NCBI GenBank assembly: GCA_963739865.1
Contig: CAVUCA010000001.1
Coordinates: 16,748 to 80,747, forward strand
Source of the DNA: an uncultured Chloroflexia bacterium
Lineage (GTDB): Bacteria; Chloroflexota; Dehalococcoidia; Dehalococcoidales; UBA2162
DNA: 64,000 nucleotides
Direction: 5' to 3'
In this document: positions 1 to 9,711 of the stretch, piece by piece
Numbering within the stretch: the stretch's first letter is position 1
Layout: the number at the start of each line of letters is the position of its first letter
Translations under genes and position numbers: made by a program
The notes under the pieces: generated by a model
Database searches by the model: none
Seen by the model: only the letters and a program-made list of their open reading frames with translations
What the model was told of the DNA's origin: nothing

Positions 1-1
1 G

Positions 2-307
2 ACTGTTACTACTAAAGGATATGGTAAACTCACTCCCGTAGAAAAATACCGGCTGCAGAAACGGGCGGGACGTGGTACCCGGACTTACCGGCTGAACGAT
101 AAGCGGGGTGAGCTCGCTGCAGCCAGGTTGGTTACGCTGAACCAGCAGGTTATGATAATTTCGGCCGACGGCATAATTATATATACACCGGTAAAGGAAA
201 TTTCTATCCAGGGCCGTACTACCCAGGGTGTCAGGTTGATGGACATAAAAGAGAATGACGGCGTTGTAGCAATTACCAATTTTGAAAAAGTGGAGAAAGC
301 AGCTTAG
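2..307 (+). CDS. gyrA: DNA gyrase subunit A, C-terminal fragment (5'-partial, continues upstream of window)
   Basis: Frame-2 translation ...TTKGYGKLTPVEKYRLQKRAGRGTRTYRLN...ISADGIIIYTPVKEISIQGRTTQGVRLMDIKENDGVVAITNFEKVEKAA* matches the terminal beta-pinwheel blade of GyrA; no start codon inside window; stop TAG 305-307. Confidence 0.8.
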   Translation, partial: TVTTKGYGKLTPVEKYRLQKRAGRGTRTYRLNDKRGELAAARLVTLNQQVMIISADGIIIYTPVKEISIQGRTTQGVRLMDIKENDGVVAITNFEKVEKAA

Positions 308-380
308 TTAACAAATTTTCAAGTATTTAAATCCACTCATAACAGATTTTACATGTTATGGGTGGATTTTTGTTTTGGTG

Positions 381-1295
381 TTATATATTCTTCCCCAGCC
401 CCGCTTCCACCGCTGTTTTGATTTGCGGTAGTGTCCAGGGATTCGCAGGCAGAGTTTTTGCTCCGTACTCGGCCAGGACCTTGATGGCTTCTACATCTAT
501 GGCCACCTGGTCCCTCGAGGCCAATATCACACCTGGATTTGCTAACTGTCCCTTATACGGACCACCTGAGATAAAAGCCTTCCGTCCGTCTGTGATGACT
601 AGATCCGGCTGCCGCCACAGGTTTACCTCGGCCAGTTTTTCTTGTAGTAATTTGCCGTGATAGCTACGCCGTTCCCCCGGATGCACGCAGCCGAAAGCCA
701 ACTTAATGGCGCCTGAAAAGTCGGCCAGACTGTGTGTTTTCAGACAAGGAAGGTATACCAGCTTATCTGCATCGTAGGCTGCCCGGGCGATGGTTACCCA
801 CTTAACATAACGTCCATTTATCTCGATTTTCACCCAATCGTTGCCCTTCTCTTCAAAAGCGATGACGGGCACGCCGAGTTCTTTTCCCAGACGGTATAGT
901 CCGACATGCTCAAAGGTGTTTCTGGTCGGACGCCAGACTGCCCCGGAACTCTCGCCGATGGTAACCTTGGCTCCGGCCTCGCGCAGGATTTCGATCACTG
1001 CCCGTAAAAATGTCTGGTCTGTCGACGCGGGTGGTGGATCGGGGCTGTTATAATTTGGTTTGACCAGGACCCTATCACCCCGGCTGATGATAGTTGATAA
1101 AGGACCTACCTGGGAAAGTGCCTTACCGATATCTTGTTTCAGGTTAGGCCCGGCTTGAAGTCTTGCTACCGGTGATGGTTTCCCTGTTGTCCGGTTGTTT
1201 TCACGCCGGCTTTTAGGGGGGACCGTCGGTGTCCCCTCCGGTACTGTATCAAACAAGTAGTGGTATATTCCCTGGGTCCTGTCGGAAAGTCCCAT
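381..1295 (-). CDS. DUF362 domain-containing protein
   Basis: 304-aa ORF; motifs DRVLVKPNYNSPDPPP...GVPVIAFEE...YLPCLKTHSLADFSGAIKLAFGCVHPGERRSYH typical of DUF362 family; N-terminal ~60 aa low-complexity, start uncertain. Confidence 0.65.
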   Translation of the reverse strand: MGLSDRTQGIYHYLFDTVPEGTPTVPPKSRRENNRTTGKPSPVARLQAGPNLKQDIGKALSQVGPLSTIISRGDRVLVKPNYNSPDPPPASTDQTFLRAVIEILREAGAKVTIGESSGAVWRPTRNTFEHVGLYRLGKELGVPVIAFEEKGNDWVKIEINGRYVKWVTIARAAYDADKLVYLPCLKTHSLADFSGAIKLAFGCVHPGERRSYHGKLLQEKLAEVNLWRQPDLVITDGRKAFISGGPYKGQLANPGVILASRDQVAIDVEAIKVLAEYGAKTLPANPWTLPQIKTAVEAGLGKNI

Positions 1296-1640
1296 TACTT
1301 CTGTCCCAACCCCCGTTTTTACTCTTGTTACCAGCAGATTATGTACTATACCACGTTTATTGTCACGCTAATATTGACCGGTGCTGTAATCTTTATTATA
1401 TAGCTTCGAATCAGGAAAAAACGCCAAATGACGGCGGCATTATCCTCATGATGCAAGTTCGTAACGAAACATTACCCGGCTCTGATATCCGCCCTGGAAT
1501 TTGAGTCTAGCCGCCGAAAGTAATGCTGGTTTCGGAGTTGATTCTCCTGGTGATATACGTTAACATTCATCCCGGCGTAATATTTAAGTTCTAACAACAA
1601 CTGTAAAAATCGATGGTTGAAGTATAAGGAGGTTCGGGAA

Positions 1641-2663
1641 TTGAAAACTGTAAAAGCTGTCATCGTTGAAAAGTACGGACAAGCAGTGCTCAAAGATATC
1701 ACCCTACGGGATTTAGGCCCGGAAGAAATGCTGGTCAAAATATCCTACTGCGGCATCGGTGGTTGCGATCCTTTTATCATCACCGGAGAAGTGGCCCTAC
1801 CTTTGCCCTGGCATATGGGTTACCAGGCATCCGGTATTATTGAAGAGATGGACTCCCGGGCGAAAGCCCGCGGCCTGAAAGTAGGCGACCGCTGCGCTCT
1901 CGACCAACTGCGTTTTTGCGGTGCCTGTTATAACTGTATGCACGGCCGGGAGACTTTCTGTGATAATCGCGAATTCCCCCACGGCTACCTGGATTCTATG
2001 ATGGCCGAATACGCCGTTTTGCATCAGCGGCAGGTCTGGAAGATCCCGGATTCTATCTCCCTGGAGGAAGCTTCACTGACTGAGGTCGTAGGTGCTTCTC
2101 TACCGGCTATCGACCTGGCTCCTTTCAAGATGGGTGACAGCGTCTATATTTCCGGTGCCGGCAGTTGCGGGCTCATTATCTTACAGCTTGCCAAACTACA
2201 GGGGGCGACTAAACTAACCATGGTTGAACCGGTTGAAGCCAAACGAAAGCTGGCCTTGAAACTCGGCGCTGACTATGTGATCGATCCCAAGAACCAGGAT
2301 ATCGTTGCTGAGGCCATGAAAATCACCGACGGCCGTGGCTATGACCGTGTCATCGAGGCTTCCGGCGAAGCCGTGGCCATCGATCCCTGTATTGAGATTG
2401 TCGCCAGGTGCGGCCGCATTGTCTTCTTTGGTATCTACCCCAGTCATTATAAATTTACCGTTGATTTGGATAAACTCTACTTTAAAGAAGCCGGGATACA
2501 GACTGTTTTCGGCCAGTCACACCTCTTTCCCCGTGCGGTCGATATCCTGCCCAAGTTAGATCTGAAATCGATGCTGGGGCCGGTCTTCCCGCTGGAAAAA
2601 TGGCAGGATGCTATCAAAGCCCATCAGACCATGCAGTATGCCAAAGTACTGATAAAGTGTTAG
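1641..2663 (+). CDS. zinc-dependent alcohol dehydrogenase family (MDR; threonine/sorbitol dehydrogenase-like)
   Basis: TTG start at 1641 preceded 8 nt by perfect SD AAGGAGG (1626-1632); protein MKTVKAVIVEKYGQ...CGIGGCD...GDRCALDQLRFCGACYNCMHGRETFCDN (catalytic+structural Zn Cys motifs), Rossmann GAGSCGLIILQLAKLQGA; ORF-track start 1617 is an upstream in-frame TTG without SD. Confidence 0.8.
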   Translation: MKTVKAVIVEKYGQAVLKDITLRDLGPEEMLVKISYCGIGGCDPFIITGEVALPLPWHMGYQASGIIEEMDSRAKARGLKVGDRCALDQLRFCGACYNCMHGRETFCDNREFPHGYLDSMMAEYAVLHQRQVWKIPDSISLEEASLTEVVGASLPAIDLAPFKMGDSVYISGAGSCGLIILQLAKLQGATKLTMVEPVEAKRKLALKLGADYVIDPKNQDIVAEAMKITDGRGYDRVIEASGEAVAIDPCIEIVARCGRIVFFGIYPSHYKFTVDLDKLYFKEAGIQTVFGQSHLFPRAVDILPKLDLKSMLGPVFPLEKWQDAIKAHQTMQYAKVLIKC

Positions 2664-2702
2664 GGTCTACAGCCTAATAAAAACATAAGGAAAATAAAAA
2701 AC

Positions 2703-2729
2703 TCCCGATGTAACCATCGGGAGTTTTTT
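2703..2729. terminator. rho-independent terminator between convergent genes (hairpin CTCCCGATG-TAAC-CATCGGGAG flanked by A-run upstream and T6 downstream; bidirectional)
   Basis: Perfect 9-bp stem 2703-2723, TTTTTT 2724-2729, AAAAAA preceding; lies between stop of + gene (2663) and stop of - gene (2752). Confidence 0.65.
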
Positions 2730-2751
2730 AACCAGGGTTCAATTTTGGGAA

Positions 2752-5114
2752 CTAACTTTTACAGGCCAGGATGGCTCGTTTCACCAGCGTTTTCGCGATC
2801 TGGACCTTGTACTTGCTGTCCACCAGGGCACAAGCTGAGGCTATGGCAGCCTTTCCGGCTTTTTCGGCGGTAGTCTCGTTGATGGCTTTCCCAACCAGGT
2901 ACTCTTCAGCCCCGGTTACCCGGTAGGGCGTGGTGTAAACAGCATTCAAACAGATACGGGCGGACTTTACTTTATTGCCTTCGCTGGTGATGTTTACGGC
3001 ACAGTTCACGATCGGGAAATCTATTGATTTCCGGATGGCAAACTTGATAAAGCTGCCATGAGTTGCACTACCGGTTTTCGGGAATTTCAATATCTGTGAC
3101 GATTTCATCGTCGTCCAATACAGTGCTGCTGTTTCCGGCCACGATGAAAAATTCATCGGCATTGATCCGGCGTTTATTGGTCTTGATCCGGGCATCCAGC
3201 GCCACCAGCGCCGGTGCCATATCCGAGGAATTGACCGCCACACAGCCGCAGTTCAAACACCGCCCGGCTTCTTTCATTGTTGCTTCTGCCGGGAGTCCTC
3301 CGATGTCCTCTACAACCAGGCTCTTCAATCTTTTTTCCATTGCGAGTTCGGGATTTGCTGCCCGTTTGCTCGCGGTCAGGTATTCGCTGTCGAAGGTCAG
3401 CGGTTGTTTTACCGCTATATTGCGGCCGGGGCTGAGCCCTTTTGCGCCCAGGTATCTACTGATGATGTCTGCCGTCCGCCGCCCCGCCGCCATCGCCCCT
3501 GCTACTGTGGACGGCCCGGTAACGAAGTCACCCGCGGCGAATACCTTCGAACCGTCGAGATTGCCATTTTCATCTATTTTTAGTTGCCCCGTCTTATTCA
3601 TAAATATTCGCAGGGATAATAGCCTTGTCCGGCTCTTCGCCTAAAGCTTTCATCACGGCATCGTATTGAGAAGAAAACTCCGAACCGCTTACCGGTACCG
3701 GCCGCGGGCGTCCGCTATCATCTGGCGGCCCGAGTTTCATCCTGGTACAGGTAAGGATGATTTTGCTTCCCTTCTTAACTGCGTTTACCGGTAAGGTCAG
3801 GAACTGGATAGTTATCCCTTCCTCCTCCGCTCGTTCCACCTCTTCGTGTACCGCCGGCATTTCTGCCTTCGTCCGCCGGTATACGATCACCGGGTCTGCC
3901 CCCAACCTCTTCAGGGTCCGGGCAATATCGATGGCGACGTTGCCCCCACCGATCACGGCCACTTTCTTGCCCGGGGTTTTGGCCTTCCCCTGGTTCATTT
4001 CTCTAAGAAAACCGGTCCCGGAGAGAAATAGTTCGTCGCCTTTGATGCCGGACTCCCGTTCCTTCCAGGCGCCGCAGGCCAGGAATACAGCGTCATATTT
4101 TTTCATCAACCCGTTGACCGTTATCTTCTTCCCGATTTCGACCCCGGTCTTGAAAGTTACCCCGGCCGTCTCTAATGCCTTCACTTGTGACCGAACAATA
4201 TCTTTGGGCAAACGGTACGCCGGAATACCATATCTCAGCATGCCGCCTGCTTCGTTTTGCGCTTCGTACACAGTCACCCGGAAACCTTGCTTCATCAGGT
4301 AATAAGCCGCAGCTAATCCCGCCGGGCCCGACCCCACCACCGCTACTTCCTTCCGGTACCGGATATGCGGTGCCTTGATGAATTCGGCAGCGTGTTCCAG
4401 TATATAGTCTCCCACCGTCCGCTCCACCCCGCGGATATTGACTACCTCGTCAAGGTGGCACCGGTTGCAGCTACCCTCGCAGGGGTGCGGGCATACCCGG
4501 CCTGTGATGGCCGGGATGGCGTTATATTGCAACAGATATTCCGCCGCTCCCTTCATATCGCCCTCGCGGAGCTTTCCCAGGTAGGTCGGGATATCGATGT
4601 TTGCCAGACAGTCGCTGATGCACGGGGTGCTTTCCACCCGGGTGCCGCCGAATATCGAATGGTACCGTCCGTCACCGATCGCCGCGTAACATGTCCGCCC
4701 GCCTTTTCTAAGGCAGTGGAACAGGTTATTCGGTACCCAGTAATACCAGCACCGGTTACTCTGGCAGATATTGCCGGCGATGGTGCCCTGCTCCCGTATA
4801 TGAGGGGAGGCAGTTTTGCCGGCAGCTTCGGCCAACAATGGGCAATACTTCTTGATGGTGTCGCTATTAGCGATATCTTCCAGGCGGGTTAAGGCCCCGA
4901 TTTTGATATTCCGGCTTTCGGCTTTAATATAATCGAGCCCGGTTATGTCCTTGATATTGACAACTACCTCGGGTGATTCCGGTAGTATCCCGTCTTTCAT
5001 CTGTCCCAGCAGGTCGGTGCCGCCGGCGATGATCTTTGCCTTTCCACCGGCTTCTTCGAGAACTGAAGCTGCTTCGCTGATTGAAGTTGCGTTTAGATGC
5101 TTAAAATTTTTCAT
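2752..5114 (-). CDS. Mo-hydroxylase FAD-binding subunit (CoxM/XdhB-like) with an inserted GltD-like 2x[4Fe-4S]/FAD/NAD(P)H oxidoreductase domain; reading frame interrupted twice (ORFs 3594-5114, 3068-3601, 2752-3243)
   Basis: N-term MKNFKHLNATSISEAASVLEEAGGKAKIIAGGTDLLGQMK...TIAGNI (FAD-binding PCMH domain) then CPHPCEGSCNRC, VAVVGSGPAGLAAAYYL, KKVAVIGGGNVAIDIARTL, ...VFAAGDFVTG (GltD-like), then SSDMAPALVALDARIKT...EIVTDIEIPE (rest of FAD domain) and ...FAIRKSIDFPIVNCAVNI...AEEYLVGK (CoxM C-terminal domain). Frame switches at ~3598 (T3 run) and ~3075 (T4 run) each break a conserved domain mid-way; out-of-frame N-terminus of ORF 2752-3243 is W/R-rich junk. Confidence 0.6.
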
Positions 5115-5118
5115 TTTC

Positions 5119-7572
5119 TTATGCCTTTCCCAGTGCTTTTAGGACTTTATCCGGTGTCATCGGCATATCGTTCACCCACTTGCCGGTGGCATTGTAGACC
5201 GCCGGTACGATCAGTGTCGGTACTACCGTGGCGACGTCTTCCCCTATCCCCACCAGGCCGTACGGTCCGTAACCCATCCCGCTTTCCACCAGTAAGGTAT
5301 CAATCGGTCCTACATCCAGTATGGTATTTACTTTGTAGTTCAACAGGTTTCCGTTCAACATGATGCCGGTGTTCTTGTCATGGACCACTTCTTCACTTCG
5401 CCCTCGTCCTACCGCCATGTAGGTACCGCCGTACTGCTGGGCTTCGCACCCTTCCCAACTTATCACTTTACCGACGTCATTTACGTTAACCACCCGGGTT
5501 ATTTCCACATCTCCGGTCTCCGGGTCTACTTCCACTTCCATAAAATGAGCCTGGCGGCACAACCGCAACCGGGCTCCCGAATAAGCTCCCCGCTGTATCT
5601 GGAACGAACTGGCAAACATCGGCGGCCGGAAGGGATATCCAGTGATTTTCTCCCCCGCATTCATCGGCTCCCCGTGCGGAGAAAGCAGCGGCCCCATCGC
5701 CCCGGACGGCCCCATGAACTCCGCCATGGTTTTTTGGTTCTTTGGATTAGCCTTTTCATAAATAACACTGTCCTTGATATCCAGGTCTTCCGGCTTTTTA
5801 CCCGGGAAAGCCGGGGGGAAACTGCCGAACTGCGACTGTCCGGTAGGACTGGTCGCTGATTCCAGTATTTTCTGTTTCAATAATCGTGCTGCATTCCGGA
5901 TGGCATAACCGTTGATGGACATGTTGGTTGATGAATCCGGGGTCATTGTGAAAAACCCGGTATCGGCATGCGGCCGGTAGTATACATCCTCAACCTTCAT
6001 TCCAAGTTCGTCGGCGGCTACCTGGCAGTAGGCGGTTTCGGAGTTCACTCCCACGTCCGCCCGGCAGCCCATGATCGTCGCTGTCCCGTCATTTCGTTCG
6101 ATCATGATGGCGATTTCGCCCGACCCCGCTGAGTCTTCCCATTCATGTGTCCAGGTCATGGCAATACCATGCATTTTGCCATTGGCCAATTTTTTCATCC
6201 CCGGTTTATGCCATTTCTTTTGCCAGCCGATCGCCTTTATCCCTTTATCGATGCATTCCTGCAAACTGTCTCTGACTACGAAACCCATCTCGGCTTTACG
6301 CTTATTCAGCCAGGCCATATCATGGCCGTGGGCGCCGTCATTTTTCAGGGCGACTGCCACCGGGTCCATTCCCAGTGCCGCTGCGACCTGGTTAAAAACC
6401 ATGGTCAGGCTGTGGCAGTTGGCATTCTGTTCACAGCGGGTGGGAACGGTCGGCCCTTTATTTACCCGCACCGCCTCCAGTCTCCCGTACACGTTCGGGA
6501 TGCTGGTATTATCAATGAGGTGTTTTACAATGCCGAAAGCCGGCATGTTCTGGTTCACCATCACCCCGCGTTCTTTTACTGCGGTGATCTTGCCGTCTTT
6601 TTTAAAGCCGACCTTGAAATAGTAGACCCCCACATCCATTTCCCCGCCGTAAAAGTCCTCTCTACGGTTAAAGGTCCACTTCACCGGCCGGGCGGTTCGC
6701 TTGGCAATAACGGCGGCACAGTAGTGCCCGCCCATATTCCAGGGCATCTGCGACCAACCGCCGAAGCTGGCCCCCTGGTACAGGGTGTGTATCTGTATTT
6801 TATTCATCGGGATGCCGCCGAACCAGGAGGCGATCGCCCGTTTACAGATATGCGGCCGCTGGTGTTTCAACCAGACTTCAGGGTATTCCCCATTCCACTG
6901 GAAGACGCCGCAAGGACGTTCCGGGCCGATCCAGGTGTTATATCCCTGCTTTAGTTTGAACTCAATGACTTTATCGGCCTCGGCGAATCCTTTTTCCACG
7001 TCGCCGTGCTTTTCAATGGCCATCGCTTCGGCATACAAATTACCATCGGGATAATTCTCCGGGTCAACCAGCGGTGCTCCCGGTTCCAGGGCTAGTTCCG
7101 GGTCGAGGATGAACGGCCGTACTTCCCAGACGACTTCTATCAGCGATAAGGCCTGTTCGGCGATTTCTTCGCTGTCAGCCGCCACGGCCGCACCAACTTC
7201 TTCACCCTGGAAATGGGCAACTCTGGGAATGACCGTTACCGGCGAGGGTTCATGTCCGCCCAGGTCCACGGTTGGCGGAAGCTCTGTATCGTCATATCGC
7301 AGGACCGCCCTGACTCCCGGATAAGCTTCGGCTTTGCTTGTGTTCATACTTTTAATTTCCGCATGGGGATACGGCGAGGTCAGGAACCGCAGGTGCAGCA
7401 TACCGGGTAGTTTTACATCCAGGGTATATTTGGCTTGTCCGGTAGCTTTCTCATAACCATCTATCCGGCGGACCCCCCGCTTCCCCACCTGGCGGTATTC
7501 TTTAAGGGGATATTTGTCGTGCCTGGTATTATCAAATAATTCCTGTATCTTGGCCATCTCATCTTGAGGCAT
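5119..7572 (-). CDS. xanthine dehydrogenase/aldehyde oxidase family molybdopterin-binding large subunit (CoxL-like)
   Basis: 817-aa ORF, ATG 7572 with SD GGAGGAAG; N-terminal a/b hammerhead and Mo-pterin binding regions typical of family; 1-nt gap to upstream 2Fe-2S gene, 4-nt gap to downstream FAD gene. Confidence 0.9.
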   Translation of the reverse strand: MPQDEMAKIQELFDNTRHDKYPLKEYRQVGKRGVRRIDGYEKATGQAKYTLDVKLPGMLHLRFLTSPYPHAEIKSMNTSKAEAYPGVRAVLRYDDTELPPTVDLGGHEPSPVTVIPRVAHFQGEEVGAAVAADSEEIAEQALSLIEVVWEVRPFILDPELALEPGAPLVDPENYPDGNLYAEAMAIEKHGDVEKGFAEADKVIEFKLKQGYNTWIGPERPCGVFQWNGEYPEVWLKHQRPHICKRAIASWFGGIPMNKIQIHTLYQGASFGGWSQMPWNMGGHYCAAVIAKRTARPVKWTFNRREDFYGGEMDVGVYYFKVGFKKDGKITAVKERGVMVNQNMPAFGIVKHLIDNTSIPNVYGRLEAVRVNKGPTVPTRCEQNANCHSLTMVFNQVAAALGMDPVAVALKNDGAHGHDMAWLNKRKAEMGFVVRDSLQECIDKGIKAIGWQKKWHKPGMKKLANGKMHGIAMTWTHEWEDSAGSGEIAIMIERNDGTATIMGCRADVGVNSETAYCQVAADELGMKVEDVYYRPHADTGFFTMTPDSSTNMSINGYAIRNAARLLKQKILESATSPTGQSQFGSFPPAFPGKKPEDLDIKDSVIYEKANPKNQKTMAEFMGPSGAMGPLLSPHGEPMNAGEKITGYPFRPPMFASSFQIQRGAYSGARLRLCRQAHFMEVEVDPETGDVEITRVVNVNDVGKVISWEGCEAQQYGGTYMAVGRGRSEEVVHDKNTGIMLNGNLLNYKVNTILDVGPIDTLLVESGMGYGPYGLVGIGEDVATVVPTLIVPAVYNATGKWVNDMPMTPDKVLKALGKA

Positions 7573-7573
7573 C

Positions 7574-8080
7574 TTACTTCCTCCCCCGCAACAAGCTGGC
7601 GGCTTCTATCACCGCTTTGATATGTTGCGGATAGCTGCCGCAACGGCAGATATTTCCGGCTAAGGCTTGTTTGATCTCTTCCTCGGTCGGGTCCGGATTC
7701 CTGTCCAACAGGGCTTTTGCGGTGACAATGAATCCGGGAGTGCAGTATCCGCACTGCATGCAGCTATATTTTACATAGGTTTCGATCAGCGGATGTTTTG
7801 CCCGGGTGATGCCTTCGATCGTCTCGATTTTCTTACCGTCGCATTCGATCGCCAGTATCATACAGGAGAGCACCGGCCGCCCCTCCATTATCACCGTGCA
7901 AGCCCCGCAGGCTCCTTCATCACAAAAGGCTTTCGTTCCTGTCAGCCCGAGGACATCGTGGAGGACATATTGCAGCGTCCAGGTCGCTTCCACGCCCGCT
8001 TCATATAAGTCCCCGTTCACTTCCAGCTTGATCTTTGCCTCGTTGAGTAACTCTTTCTTCTTAACTGTCGTCATATTCAA
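7574..8080 (-). CDS. (2Fe-2S)-binding small subunit of Mo-hydroxylase (CoxS-like)
   Basis: 168 aa; plant-type ferredoxin Cys cluster CDEGACGACTVIMEGRPVLSC plus second cluster motif CRCGSY; first gene of minus-strand operon. Confidence 0.9.
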   Translation of the reverse strand: MNMTTVKKKELLNEAKIKLEVNGDLYEAGVEATWTLQYVLHDVLGLTGTKAFCDEGACGACTVIMEGRPVLSCMILAIECDGKKIETIEGITRAKHPLIETYVKYSCMQCGYCTPGFIVTAKALLDRNPDPTEEEIKQALAGNICRCGSYPQHIKAVIEAASLLRGRK

Positions 8081-8212
8081 GTCATCTCCTTAGGACAGGC
8101 TTGCATCGTTGAAGGCCAATCCTGCCGTAAATGTAGTGGAAAAAACAATGAAACTTTTTGATTATACATAACACACTTGATTTTGACTAGATTGAAGTTG
8201 GCTATTTCGATA

Positions 8213-8251
8213 CAAAAAACATGAAGCGGGGTGGTACCACCCCGCTTCATG
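8213..8251 (-). terminator. rho-independent terminator of htrA (13-bp stem CATGAAGCGGGGTGG-TACC-CCACCCCGCTTCATG followed on minus strand by TTTTTTG)
   Basis: Perfect GC-rich hairpin 8220-8251 with A6 run 8214-8219 on plus strand = U-tract on minus strand, 46 nt downstream of htrA stop. Confidence 0.65.
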
Positions 8252-8297
8252 TTACACAGGAGTCCAATAAGGAGGAACACAGTATTAAAAAATCACT

Positions 8298-9446
8298 TTA
8301 ACGGTCTCCCCAGGGTAGGACAAAGTCGGGTATGTTCGAGTCCGGTGTAACTGATGAATTAGTTGTCTGGGCTGCCAGGGTGACGTTAATACTGACTGTG
8401 GCACCATCACGTACGATAGTAAGCGTTACCTCATCCCCCACCCGTTTTGTCTTGAGATAACTTTGCAGATCGGTAACTTTGGCGACGGTTTGCCCGTCGA
8501 TTGCGGTGATGATGTCTCCGTCTGAATTCGGAGTACCGTCACGTCCGGTTCCGGCACCTATCAGGCCGGCTTTGTCGGCCGGACTGCCGGAAACGGTTTC
8601 CACTACATATACGCCCTGGTTTACCGTCAGGCCGATTTCTTCTGCAGTACTTTGACTAAGGTCCATACCACTGATGCCCAGCCAAGGTTTGACGATTTTT
8701 TCACCGGCGATCAACTCATCCAGCACTGCTTTGGCTACACTGGAAGGTACCGCGAAACCGATCCCTGTCCCTTCGCCTTCGATTGCCGTATTGATACCGA
8801 TCACTTCACCGTTGGAATTAAGCAGGGGGCCTCCCGAGTTGCCGGGTTGAATCGTGGCATCGGTCTGTATCATCCCGGTTAGTGCACTGCCTTCTACGCT
8901 CCGATTTAAACCGCTGACAATACCGGTGGTAATAGAATTGGTCAACCCGTAAGGGCTGCCGATGGCGATTGCCAACTGGCCTGGTTGGACATTTATTGAA
9001 TCTGCCAGGGTTAGTGGTACGATATTTGCTACCAACGCCGCATCTACTTTGATCAACGCCAGATCATCTTTAGAATCTGTCCCCAGTATTGTTGCCTGTT
9101 CGGTGTTGCCATTGGCAAAGACGACCTGGACATCAGTAGCGTCTTCGACCACGTGGTTATTCGTCAGGATATGGCCTTCCTTATCGACAACAAATCCGGA
9201 ACCTTGTCCTTCCGTGGAAAAAGCACCGAAGCCGGTGGTTTGTGTTTTCACGATGATTTCCACTACAGCCGGGCTGGCAGTATCATAAATACTGGTAATC
9301 GTAGTTTCATTTACCAGCGTTTCATTCGAAGCAGCCGCAGCTTTTTGTAATGGTTCACTCTGATTGTTGGTTATAAGGACGAAAATAGCTGCAGCAACCA
9401 GCAAGACTGATACCGCCGCTGTGAACCGGAGAAGCCATTGCTTCAT
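8298..9446 (-). CDS. htrA: trypsin-like serine protease HtrA/DegP family with C-terminal PDZ domain
   Basis: GSGFVVDKEGHILTNNHVVEDA (His), DLALIKVDA (Asp), GNSGGPLLNSNGEVIGINTA (Ser) catalytic triad motifs; PDZ region; start moved to ATG 9446 (MKQWLLRF...signal/TM) which has strong SD GGAGGAGG; ORF-track start 9500. Confidence 0.85.
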   Translation of the reverse strand: MKQWLLRFTAAVSVLLVAAAIFVLITNNQSEPLQKAAAASNETLVNETTITSIYDTASPAVVEIIVKTQTTGFGAFSTEGQGSGFVVDKEGHILTNNHVVEDATDVQVVFANGNTEQATILGTDSKDDLALIKVDAALVANIVPLTLADSINVQPGQLAIAIGSPYGLTNSITTGIVSGLNRSVEGSALTGMIQTDATIQPGNSGGPLLNSNGEVIGINTAIEGEGTGIGFAVPSSVAKAVLDELIAGEKIVKPWLGISGMDLSQSTAEEIGLTVNQGVYVVETVSGSPADKAGLIGAGTGRDGTPNSDGDIITAIDGQTVAKVTDLQSYLKTKRVGDEVTLTIVRDGATVSINVTLAAQTTNSSVTPDSNIPDFVLPWGDR

Positions 9447-9711
9447 CTCCTTTACCTCCTCCCTTTGATGATTCCGGCAAGCCATCGGCAGCCACTCCAA
9501 TTCCCGTGGAATGGCTGCCGAACCTTGCCACCCCAGGACTCCTTAATATTCGCGTAAAAATGTTTAGGAATTATTAAGAAACTAGAACCGGCATGGTATA
9601 CTGGATTCCTGCCGATTTCACTTGGATAATCGACCATAGTGCACTATTACAACTTCAGTAAATTATTTCGAATTTTAAGAATGGTGTTTATCAATCGGAT
9701 CAAGTAAATAT

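Noticed and set aside
85-279. 64-aa minus-strand ORF
   Set aside because: Inside the gyrA C-terminal coding region on the opposite strand.
2752-3243. Treating ORF 2752-3243 (and 14189-15043) as independent genes with their annotated N-/C-termini
   Set aside because: Their out-of-frame portions (W/R-rich MWRSIPRIWHRRWWRW…, Arg-rich …RRRCPEHNLGGRCRRSLRDD…) are translation artefacts of reading a neighbouring frame; only the segments continuous with adjacent ORFs carry conserved domains.
3594-3601. Programmed ribosomal frameshifting as explanation for split genes
   Set aside because: Ten independent genes affected, shifts in both directions at homopolymers without slippery heptamer/pseudoknot context; sequencing indels are more parsimonious.
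6145-6954. 269-aa plus-strand ORF (and neighbours 6071-6622, 5380-5859)
   Set aside because: Antisense within the coxL-like gene, which has strong family motifs on the minus strand.
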